Part shown: piece by piece, positions 53,701 through 64,000 of the stretch
Position numbering within the stretch: position 1 is the stretch's first letter
Layout of the letters: every line of letters starts with the position of its first letter
Origin: Azolla caroliniana
Taxonomy: Eukaryota > Plantae > Polypodiophyta
Assembly: GCA_043228905.1 (NCBI GenBank)
Contig: JBHGNT010000007.1
Span: 310,001 to 374,000 of the forward strand
DNA length: 64,000 nucleotides
Direction of reading: 5' to 3'
Program-made: the position numbers and the translations under genes
Notes under the pieces: model-generated
Seen by the model: the letters and a program-made list of their open reading frames with translations, nothing else
Told to the model about the DNA's origin: nothing
Databases searched by the model: none

Positions 53701-56154
53701 CGACCTCTAGGGTCATGAAGGTCATAAAAAAATTACAACATAGGAAATCCATGGACCACACATGATTGCGAGCCGAACACATCATATATGCTCGAGAGTG
53801 CCTAACCCATTTTCTCACTCTAATCTTCAACCGCGCCCTCACCGAGGGTTTTCCACCACAATGGACCATGAACACAGTGGCCCCTATACATAAAGGAGGG
53901 GACCCAATGGACCCAAATACATAAAGGACCATTATGATAGGTCATACGCTCGCTAAACTATATGGTGCAGTAATGGAAGCAAAGCTCAATGATTATATGG
54001 AAAGCTTAAGTCTTCGAGCACTTGAGCAGGATGGTTTTAGACAAGCCTTCTCCACTATTGAGCATATCTTCACACTTAGATGCTTTATTGACCAGACGAA
54101 GGCTTGCTTGAAGAAACTATATTGTTGCTTTGTGGACTTCCACAAAGCCTTTGACACAGTTCCTAGGGAGCGGTTGTTTGATAGGCTTAAAAGCTTGGAG
54201 ATACCAAATGACATTATCGAGGCCATATATGCTCTATATGAGCAAGTCTCTAAGTGTGTAAGATGCCCATGTGGCCTATTCGATTGCTTCACCAGCACCA
54301 TTGGTGTAAAACAGGGTGGCCCCTATCACTGACTCTTTTTGGGATCTACATTGATAAGATCACTGATTTTATTGCTCGTAAGGGAGGTAGCGGAGTAGCC
54401 ATTGGGGGTACGCAAGTTAGTCTCTTACTCTACGTAGACGAGATTGTCTTGCTCTCAGAGTCTGAACACGACCTACAGAAACATCTTAATGACCTAGATA
54501 ACTTTTGCACACAACGAGGATTGGTAATGAATCTAGCGAAAACGAAAGTCCTTATCTTTCATACATCGTCTCGAATGAGTAGTAAATGTCACCTAATCCT
54601 CTCTCATAACCCAGTTGAGGTAGTTGGATCACATATATATTTGGGAGTCACTTTCAGTGCTCGTTTAGGTAAATTCTCGATGACCCAGGCAACCAAAGAT
54701 AGGGTAACGAGAGGGTATGCATCCCTCTCACTCTTAGAGAGACAATGCCACCATGCATACTTTCAAGAGCCACAGACTAAGGGATGACTCTTCGACTCAT
54801 TAGTGACCCCTTCCCTCATGTATGCATCAGTAGTATGGGCTCCACGTCTACCATCTTTCATGTGGACACAATTAGAGAGACCGAGAGACCTTTGGTGACG
54901 ATGTTATCACGTCAACTCCGAAGCAAATAGACAGTACCACATGGCATTATTAGAGCAGAGTTCAGTTTGCCCCCATATTAGTAGAAGCACTTTTCCAAGT
55001 GGTAGTTTTTATTCATCTGATACATAGCCAACCACAAGATAGGATATCCCGTCGAGCTTTTGAGGCATCTCAATCCCTATATGCGTTTGGAGACACTAGT
55101 TCTTGGTATAACACCGTAGTGAGTTGGTTACTTGCAAATGGTATAGACATTAATAACTTACCTCCCCTTAAGTACAACCATGGGACTGACCAAACTCTAA
55201 TATCTCATGAAGACCGTAATAAAGTGATACGCCAAGAAATATGGCAAATTTACACTTGTTATAAATGGATCACCCCTCGAGAGCCACTCCCATCTAAAAT
55301 GTTGTACTATATAAGGAACACTTCTTGCACATCTCTAAGTTAGGTTTTATTACACGACCAAAATATCTAGATACATTCTTATCAAATGCACTAAGGCTGG
55401 CCATTAGACAACTTAGGATATCATCTCACCAACTTGAGATTGTGAATGGTCGTGCTAATAGAGTTCTTAGAGAGGATGAGTATCACTTTACATGCAAGTA
55501 TCCAACTTATACCGAGATAAGGGCGAAATACCAAGACATACTAGGACCCTCTCCCACCCTCTCCAGACTATTAGATACCCCAGATATAAAGAGACTAGGT
55601 AGGTATATCTTAGAGCTAAAACAACATAGGGAGAATAAACTACAAAGTGTTAACCATAACCCTTTTAGTATGCACCAACATGTAACTAATGTAATTTTTC
55701 AGGAACAAGGGGAGACGATGAATGTGGACACACCAACACCACTCGGCCTCTCTCTTGATGAAGCATAAATGCAAAGAACAACCAAACGCCCGTGGATGTT
55801 GGGTCTCAAAGTTCCTCGATGTGGAGTAGAAACGATTAAGAAGATAAGGGAACGTGAGCTGCGCGCCGCCAAGAAGATATGGTTGGGATACCTTTTTACA
55901 TTGGAACCACGGGCCACATCCACATCGAAACCCTTTGACGTCCCATTTCTTTTCGAGAGACATGGATGGAAATGAAAGTCGGCCTAGTATAAAGCCATTT
56001 CCTTACATGACATGTTTTTTTACTAGAACTCTTTAGCTATTTTTTATTTTTACTTTCGATGAATGGGTAAATATACATACACCATGTTCGATGTAAACCA
56101 ATTGTCTCATGGGCCAATTTTGGTCTTAGAAGACGTTAATATATCTTTCTTTCT
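50755..56154 (+). mobile_element. Near full-length decayed LINE: ORF1 ~51004-51790 (coiled coil, RLNVRVTGLKE, IYLDEDLTK), ORF2 ~51824-55770 (APE endonuclease + RT); RTEX/L2/CR1-like rather than plant L1
   Basis: EN motifs WNCNG, DILFLVET, DFNA, TIDY, GANHS. RT motifs PIHKGGD, GFR, CFVDFHKAFDTV, GVKQG, LLYVDEIVL, YLGV. C-terminal LRISSHQLEI.NGR...EDEYHF. Many stops and frameshifts. Confidence 0.9.
52649..53101. mobile_element. Solo LTR inserted in the LINE endonuclease domain
   Basis: TSD ATAGC (52644-52648 / 53102-53106); ends TTTTA (probably mutated TGTTA)...TAACA. Excision restores GANHSFLYFELK. Confidence 0.85.
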
Positions 56155-56157
56155 ACC

Positions 56158-56186
56158 GATACATGCATATACATACGTACATACTG

Positions 56187-56217
<31 letters not shown>

Positions 56218-56377
56218 CTGATACATACATACATACATACATACTGATACATACATACATACATACATACTGATACATACATACATACATACATACATAC
56301 TGATACATACATACATACATACATACATACATACATACATACTGATACATACATATACATACATACTGATACATACA

Positions 56378-56409
<32 letters not shown>

Positions 56410-56485
56410 CATACATACTGATACATACATACATACATACATACATATACATACATACATATTCATACATACATACATACATACT
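56158..56485. repeat. (CATA)n microsatellite array with periodic CTGATA interruptions
   Basis: Directly visible; abuts the LINE 3' end. Confidence 0.95.
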
Positions 56486-56583
56486 GAGATGAGAGGAATT
56501 GCTAGCTGTTCTGTCTACTTTCTTTGCGTGCACCGCTCAGAGAGGAGCTCCTCATCCATCCATCCATCCATCCATCACACACT

Positions 56584-56615
<32 letters not shown>

Positions 56616-56717
56616 ACAGAGAGAAGAGACAGACACAGAAAGCAGACAGAGACAGAGAGAAGAAATTCCATTAGAGGAGAGACAGACAGGCACACAGACA
56701 GACAGACAGACAGAGGG

Positions 56718-56820
56718 TTTCTCTTGTTGATTTTCCTGTCGTTTTAGGAATTTCTCATGTTGATTTTCCTGTCGTTTTAGGAATTTCTCTTGTCGATTTT
56801 CCTGTCGTTTTAGGAATTTC
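56718..56820. repeat. 3 x ~33-bp tandem repeat in the probable DUF1005 5' leader
   Basis: TTTCTC(T/A)TGT(T/C)GATTTTCCTGTCGTTTTAGGAA occurs three times. Confidence 0.9.
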
Positions 56821-57481
56821 TTTAAGCTCCCTCAATTCTGCTGATTTCTCCGCCTCTTCCTTTTAGGGTTTCTCTAATTGCTCTGTAATTTCTGGTTTTC
56901 TTAGGGTTTTTTTTTTTTCTCAGGTTCCTCTGTTATGTCGCTTCCTTTTCCTTTGTAGAGCATCCCTTGTTGAGTTTTTCGGCCTCTATTTTTTAGGGTT
57001 TTCTGATGAGCTTTTGCTTGCTACAGCCCAGCATTGCTTGAAGGATTTGCTCCTATTGCCTTTTATTTTATCCCTTTTTTTAGCTTCTCTCTCTCTCTCT
57101 CAATCTGCAGATTTGTGTGTATAATGTTCGTTTCTTAGGTTTCTTTGCGTTTCATCCCCGTTTCAGGGGTTCTCAGGATTTTCTATGGAATTCAAGCCTT
57201 TCAAGGTTTGCTTCCCTGTGATACGATCCTTTATTAGGGTCTTCTCTGTTGCTTGTTAGGGTTGCGAATTCAAACTCTATCAGGGTTTTTCTGTGAGTTC
57301 ATGCCTTTTTATGTTCTCTCTAATTTCATGCCTTTTTGGGAGTTTGCTCTGTGATCTCATGCCTTCTTAGGTTCTCCTCTGTGACCCGCTCTGCCTTTTG
57401 GAGTTCTCTCTCTGTGTTTCTTTGTGATTGATACCTTTTAAGCTTTCTCTGTTATGCACAGTTAGGGTTTCTGAGGGTGCC

Positions 57482-59917
57482 ATGGAACCTCGCCCCTTTG
57501 TTCGAGTCTCAGTCAGAGCGCTGGCACTTCGTCTCTCTCAACCTCCCAAGTCTGACACAGGATCCTTCCATAGCTCATCATCATCATCAACCTCAACATT
57601 ATCATCAACATTAACAGCAGCATCAGCATCATCTTCATTATCATCTCCTTCATCTCCTTCATCTTATTTCTGCAAAGTCAAACTATCCAATTTTGAGTCA
57701 CAAACAGTAGCTAACGTACCTCTCATTTCTTCTTCTTCTTCTGAGAATCACAGTATTACCCAAGCTAGTTTCTATCTAGATGAGCCTACGTTGACGAAGC
57801 TTTTCTCTAAAACCTCATCCAATTTATTCTCTAAATCACCTCATCTTACAATCACGGTTTATGGTACCACTCCTTCTTCTTCTTCGTCTTCTTCATCTTC
57901 TTCTATTGTTTCACCTTGCTATGGAAACTCTGTTAAGTTCAAATACTCAGAGAAAGTCATAGGAAGCTTTCTTCTTCCTGTCACGTTAGAGCAACTATCA
58001 AACCCTAAGGAAGGAAATTTTCTTCATAATGGATGGGTAAAGCTTCATGGAAATAAGAATAGATTTTCATCTTTGTTATCACCATCACCATCTTTGTCAT
58101 CGGAGATCCATTTCAGTGTGAAAGTAGAACTTGATCCGAGATATATTTTTCAGTTTGATGGGCAGCCAGAGCTTAACCCGCAGATTGTTCAGATTCAAGG
58201 GAAGGTTAGACAACCCATATTCAGTTGCAAGTTCACCTGTGATCGAAGCTTCCGATCGAGGTGAGAAAAGACAATCGTTTTTTTCTTATTCTCTACATCA
58301 GAGTTTTAGTTCATGTCTTAAATTAGTTGGTTGTCATCACTTTTTTGCGATCAATTACCCTAGACATGGTTATCTATATTTCATTTTGATGTAAGATTAA
58401 TACAGGTAGTTAGGTTTGAAGGGAGGTTCATATCCATGGGCATGGCATAATGATTCAATCATAATTGGTTCTGATTAATTATTCCACTTCTTATGAGATT
58501 AACAATAGAGTAGGGTGGTTCTAGGGCAGCTTCAATGGATTAAATTAATGTGTAAGTAATACAATTCTAGTTGGTTTTGATGGACAACGTTTCATGTGAT
58601 TGAACCAGTAATGTGGCTGTTAAGCTCCCGGAAATTATCAGGCATATAAGTAGTAGGTTGTAATTTCTTCTTGATAGAGTAATTATGTGTTTGATTACTT
58701 CTAGGAAAGGTTCAATCCCGTTCCATGACTTGATTGATCAATTTTGATGGCAAACTTCTACTTATCTATGGCCATACATTTGTCAAGATTAATGCAGTTT
58801 TTATTTATATCTAAGGAAGTTTCAAGCCCTGGCTAAGGCCATTGTACGATTGATCAACTTTTGCTATTTTGAGCCTTTCATTATGAATATTGTACTGTAG
58901 GGGGGATTATACTGTAGAGTAGGGGGGCTTCACTCCATCCATGTCTACTACCTGTCAGATATTATTTAAAAACTAAATATTTCATCGTGGAGATTTAATG
59001 TCAAGGGTTACTTAACATTTAATAACATGGTTAGCTCTAAGTGCGATAGCTGGATTCCATAGATATGAAACAATTAATTCAAATTTCAATCGAATTAACT
59101 AGTGCAGCAATTTCTTAGTATGAGAATCGTACACATAAGCATTACTAATTAGCTTTTTGAAGAGTTGCAATCCCAATCACTGATGCATCATTTACTTAAA
59201 AAGAATTTGTAATCCCTTCATATCCACAGATCTTCTCAACTGGATGGAAGCTATGGTTGGGAATCAAGCAAGGACAAGAAAGAGAGGAAGGGATGGCTAG
59301 TATTGATATACGACCTCTCGGGCTCACCAGTGGCGGCGGCATCAATGGTAACTCCGTTTGTTCCCTCAACTGGAACCAACTCGGTTAGCCGGTCGAACCC
59401 TGGGGCCTGGTTGATCATGAAGGCAGGGCCCCGAGGCGGAGATAGTTGGATGCCGTGGGGAAGACTGGAGGCGTGGAGAGAAAGAGGAGGGCTAGGATCC
59501 AAGTTCCAACTATTGGCCACAGAAGGAGGGGGCTTCAATAACTGGGGGATGCTCGTGTCGGAGAGCGTGATTCACACTCACAAAGGAGGGGAGTTCCTCA
59601 TAGATACTTTCAAGCTCAAGCCCGAGACCCCATGCTCGGCCTCGCCTGTTGATAGCCCCCAGAGTAGTGGGGACTTCCATTTTAGCTTCGGGAATACTCT
59701 GGCGATCGACGGGGGGGGATTTGTGATGAGTGCGAACGTGGAAGGGGAGGGGAGGAAGAGCCGGCCCCCTCATGTGGAGCTCGCCATGCGGCATGTCAAT
59801 GATACCGAGGATGCGGCTGTATTCATGGCGCTTGCTGCGGCTGTGGATCTCAGTGTCGATGCATGCCTTCCCTTTAGCAAGAAGCTCGGGAAGAACTTTG
59901 CTGTCGATTCTGAATGA
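57482..59917 (+). CDS. DUF1005-family protein, 2 exons (57482-58260, 59230-59917), ~488 aa
   Basis: MEPRPFVRVSVRALAL start; DPRYIFQFDGQPELNPQIVQIQG.VRQPIFSCKF; ERKGWLVLIYDLSGSPVAAASMVTPFVPS; NPGAWLI; WGRLEAWRERG; EDAAVFMALAAAVDLSVDAC. Phase-2 GT-AG intron. Confidence 0.92.
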
Positions 59918-62900
59918 ACACACGACACCAAGAAGTTAAAATGGAAGGGAAGGACTTTGTGTTGTTAAAACCCGCAAGTGACAAGACTCTTTCAAGCCAA
60001 GATGGAGGGGGGTTTGTGGGGCGATCACTAGTTAAATACTATAATTTGTTACCGGTTTTGTGATTTTTAGCTTTTTGGTTGTAGAGGAGGTATAGCTTGT
60101 GTTATTGGAGGTAAGAAGTGCCTTCTATTAACTTGATTTGGATTAAATTTTTCCCCCACCAAATTGTATCATATACTTGTCTTGAAGGTCTCTTAAAAAA
60201 AGGAAAGGGGAGCTTGAGACAAAGTGTGTACACTCAGCTGCACAGCGCAGCACATTGTTTTTCTGGTATTGTAAACATTATCTTGGTATTATTAATGGAG
60301 TGGAGTGTTTGTGATTCATGAAGTGTATTGTATAGTTTTCATGGTATTATTTGTTGATAATTCATAAACAAATAATACCATGAAAGGATGGGGGGGGAAG
60401 AGAGGATGGGGTGTATTAAACATATCTTTGTGGTTGTGAATAATTGGAGGTACCATAGTTTTCGAAGGCCAGTCAGTTGATCCATTAATATTGTCTTCTT
60501 ATCTACCAATTGGCTACCCATTTTGTGCCTAGGGAGAGGAAACCTTGTCACTTTTATTTTCATTGGCTATTTGTGTCCCCAGGGGACTGAGGAGGAAAAG
60601 TGAGGGAAAGAGGCAAGAGGAGAGACTAGGAAAACTTCCTAGATTTTGTGGTGATGTAGAGACTGAAAAGGAAGTAAGGGTATCCATCCTGTTTGGATGA
60701 TGTTTCTATTTGAAAAAAATGAAGAAATTGTGATTGATTCATTAACCTTCAAACCATTTTTATCGTTGAGGTCACAATGGTTCTAGATTCATTTGTTCGC
60801 AACAACAAATCACAGACACGATTTGTTGTTTCCTTTGCTTGGCAAAGAATACTATGGGGCCATTTCTATGTTGTCTCCTTGTGCTCCATGCATTGAGATA
60901 CAAACCCATTGGTCGAGCTCATTTGTTTTTATTTTGTGTATACATTGCCTTAATGAAGACGATGTTAATAAATGAACGCTCGTGGCTGAGGTGGCAAAAG
61001 AATCAAAAGGATCTTTTTCTTCTAATTGATCCCGCCATCTCCGTATGGTGAAAGAAAACATTGCATTTTGTTTCCATTGGTTATTTATGTAGAGAGAGGA
61101 GGCAGAGACGGTGCAAAGGTACGAGTGATTGCTTGTTTACGTAGAGACAGAAAAGGGCAAGGAGAGACGCGTAATAGTACATACGTAATTTCGTACTCAT
61201 GTTGTGAAATGGAAAACATGTTTCCAATTGAAAAAGATCGAGAAGTTATGACCTTTTTGCCTTTGTGGGTACCATTTTATCTTTAACTCTACCCACCAAA
61301 AATGTGCTCATCCCCACGTGTGAAGTTCTCCATGTGTCTTTGAAGCCCATGCATTGAGATAGCCACCATTTCACAAATGAATCCTTCTTGTTTGATTTTG
61401 CACATTCATTTCTACATCACATAGTTGTTGTTGAGACATCCCATTGATACAAATCAACATGTAAATGTGAAAGTATATCCTCACACAAGCAAAATAATAG
61501 ATTTGGGGTTTTGTAACTCATTCTCAGTTTTAAAGAGAGCATGGATGCTATTTAGTGAAGATGAAGCATCACATGAAGCCAATGAATCATTCCCGTTCAT
61601 TGAAGTACCATAATGGGTTTCTTGACTACTCCTAGGAGGGTATGGAGCGTCAATTATTATTGTTTTTTGGGGGTGTGGTTTGCTTAAACACTAGACAATG
61701 TTTCTTTGTACAATTGACCTTAAAGTAATTGTTATATCCTGCCAATCATGTTTTGAGGATTCTTTTTGTCTCGTATTATACATCCATCAATGATATACAT
61801 CGTAATAGCTACACGGTGAAATTAATATTTATTTTCTCTACAAAAGGAAATAATGTAGGAAATGTAGATAAAATCTCCCTAAAATGTTTAATACTTATTT
61901 CAAACTTTAGGTTGAGACTAGCATTAACAAAATGACACACTATTGACACTCTATTAAAGGGAAAAATCAAAGGAGGATCTTTAAGACTTATTTAATCAAT
62001 CAAAGGTTACGTCATAATTGCTTAGTTTGATCTAATCAGCTTCCTCTGATTAAGTTGCATATAACCTAGTTAGGCTGCGTTAATAATGAAAAGTCCACTT
62101 AAATAGCTCTTTACTTTTACTCTTGTAGTATCACTTGTTCTAAATTTAAGAAAAGGATCACTAGTTAGGGCAACGAATGGATGGACTACTATTACCTATT
62201 GTTTTGTGAGAGATAAAAGGGTTATTAAACATCTCAACTAAAGTTTATTTGAGGAATGGCATTGGCAAAAAAAAAAATATTTACAAAATTGATAATTCTC
62301 TTCCCAATACCAATGTTGAGTGAGTGGGAGGACAAAATCCCACTCGAATCTAACATTTGTTTGTCAAAACTATCTCTAAAACATTTTAGTCTTGACACTT
62401 GATTGACTTAAGTTTGGACGCACATTCTTCTTCCTTCACAAGAGCCATACCGGCATCATAATATATCTACTTTTATAAATCCTTATATTCTTCTCTTCCT
62501 CAGTCTTTCATGCATGAGCATGTCTATTAGGCAGAGCTTTGACAAATAGTGTAGGCAAAAAGTGAGCTTAGTCAAAGGTCGCCAATTTTGTAAGAAGAAT
62601 GTGGAGACGTTCATAATTGAATGGTAGTGCATATCTTGCGGAGGTAATGTGTAACGCAAAAAAAGAGCACAAAGAGACTCAAGTCATCTAGCTAGAGATC
62701 GTGGTTGTTGAGAAAGAGATTTTTGCATCCATTGAGTGGTACACTTTCCTAGTAAAAAGCATGTTGATAACATGTTCATTAGTGAATTGTGATTAATTCT
62801 CTAAAAATATAGATCCACTCTACCTATGGATGTTTGATTCAAATGATCAACTACCAAAGTTTGTAGCTCCAAAGAGAGCTAGTTGCACTTGGACTCATGT

Positions 62901-63119
62901 AGTATAGGGGTAAATAGTTGTTGATTAGGTGTGCTGAGGTCGATTCAAACCACATGAGAAGTAGGTAAAGAATAGTTGTTTGAATGGGTTGTGATCAAGT
63001 AATGAACACCTCGACCTTATTACGCACAATTGATCACTACTTAAAACACGTGGTGGTAAGTACATGGTAGATATTACTTAATAAATTAAGAAATATATGG
63101 AGGTAGTGCATATACAATT

Positions 63120-63830
63120 ATGCTCTATTATGAAATCTACATTGAGGAGAGGAGATGATTACTATGGCAGAGAGTCGGAAATAACTCTCAACTACTTCCT
63201 CTGGAGAACTAAGCTACTAAGGCAATGCATTAACTGAAGGTTATGTCCACTCAACCTCGAGTTTATATAGGAAAAGGAGGAAAAGGTTACATTGATGGTC
63301 ATGACTCATCAGTATCACCCATGAAGGAAATAACTTTTTCTTACTTATAAAGCGGCCATGAATGTACTTACACTAAATTGGCTTACCATTTCATAGGTAA
63401 TTGGATATGCATTTAAAACATGAGACCAACTCCATATTCCCAATTTATCCCTTCTCTGTGGAACATCTACTTGTGCATTCCTTCCATAATCCCACTCAAT
63501 TTTCTTTTCTTGATGGTATTCCCTGCTTGAATGCTTTGCATTAGTTGTTTTTATTCTCTTCCAACATAGGCCCTTCATGATCACACTCCATTCATATTGA
63601 CTCCTCTGATCTACATGGCAAACTACTTCATACTTGGTTATGTTGAGAGGACAACAAGACACTCAACTACTTCTTGCTAATTCAATAAATAATGTGGATG
63701 CTCGAAAGAAATGGAAATTTGGAAGTAGACCTTAAGTTCCCCAGATCTCTAGCGTAGGCAAGATCACAAGTATTCAATTGTAGTTGTCCCTAGATGAAAC
63801 GTGATGCCATATTCGACCATATCCCCTCCT
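63120..63830 (-). mobile_element. Decayed LTR-retrotransposon (copia integrase-like) remnant
   Basis: Broken frames with faint integrase-like spacing and an LTR-like TTTATATAGG segment near 63262. Weak. Confidence 0.25.
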
Positions 63831-64000
63831 CAAAATACCTTAAGAGTGTGCATCCTAACTTTCCAATGACTCTTCTCTAGACTAATTATGGTGTTGTGTC
63901 ATGCATGCATATATAAGAAAGAGATTTCAAACCGAAGACCCCCTTCCACTCCCATCCTTCTGCATTTTGACGTAGAGGATAACATTTGCTAGACTCTTCT

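Noticed and set aside
56107-56747. ORFs rich in MYVC / HTHT
   Set aside because: Translations of (CATA)n, (CA)n and (GACA)n microsatellites.
56718-56820. CRISPR-like array
   Set aside because: Contiguous tandem units with no unique spacers; eukaryotic context, no cas genes.
59510-59923. 137-aa antisense ORF over DUF1005 exon 2
   Set aside because: Shadow ORF of a GC-rich coding exon with no recognisable motif.

Overview
Eukaryotic plant nuclear DNA. A non-seed plant such as a fern is inferred from the Tcn1-like chromovirus and the atypical LINE, but is not proven. Four host genes lie on the + strand: the 3' 21 exons of a NOL6/Utp22 (Nrap) gene (1.5-11.2 kb), an intronless PLS-E class PPR gene (15.0-18.0 kb), an 11-exon DA1/DAR LIM-peptidase gene (38.6-42.0 kb) and a two-exon DUF1005 gene (57.5-59.9 kb). 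Between them is a nested transposon landscape: a complete but decayed chromodomain Ty3/gypsy element (21397-27104, CCCAT TSD) inside a LINE zinc finger, a MULE with a hAT-like element inside it, several solo LTRs, and a full-length non-L1-like LINE flanked by (CATA)n. The most unusual signals are five. (1) The gypsy PBS is complementary to its own LTR, as in Tf1-type self-priming. (2) Its LTR carries a tRNA-like Pol III module. (3) A ~200-bp repeat with two convergent tRNA-like heads sits in (GA)n microsatellites. (4) A spare PPR E2 tail diverged mostly at synonymous sites. (5) The LINE has a duplicated 3' terminus upstream of its 5' end. All calls were made by eye; no searches were run.
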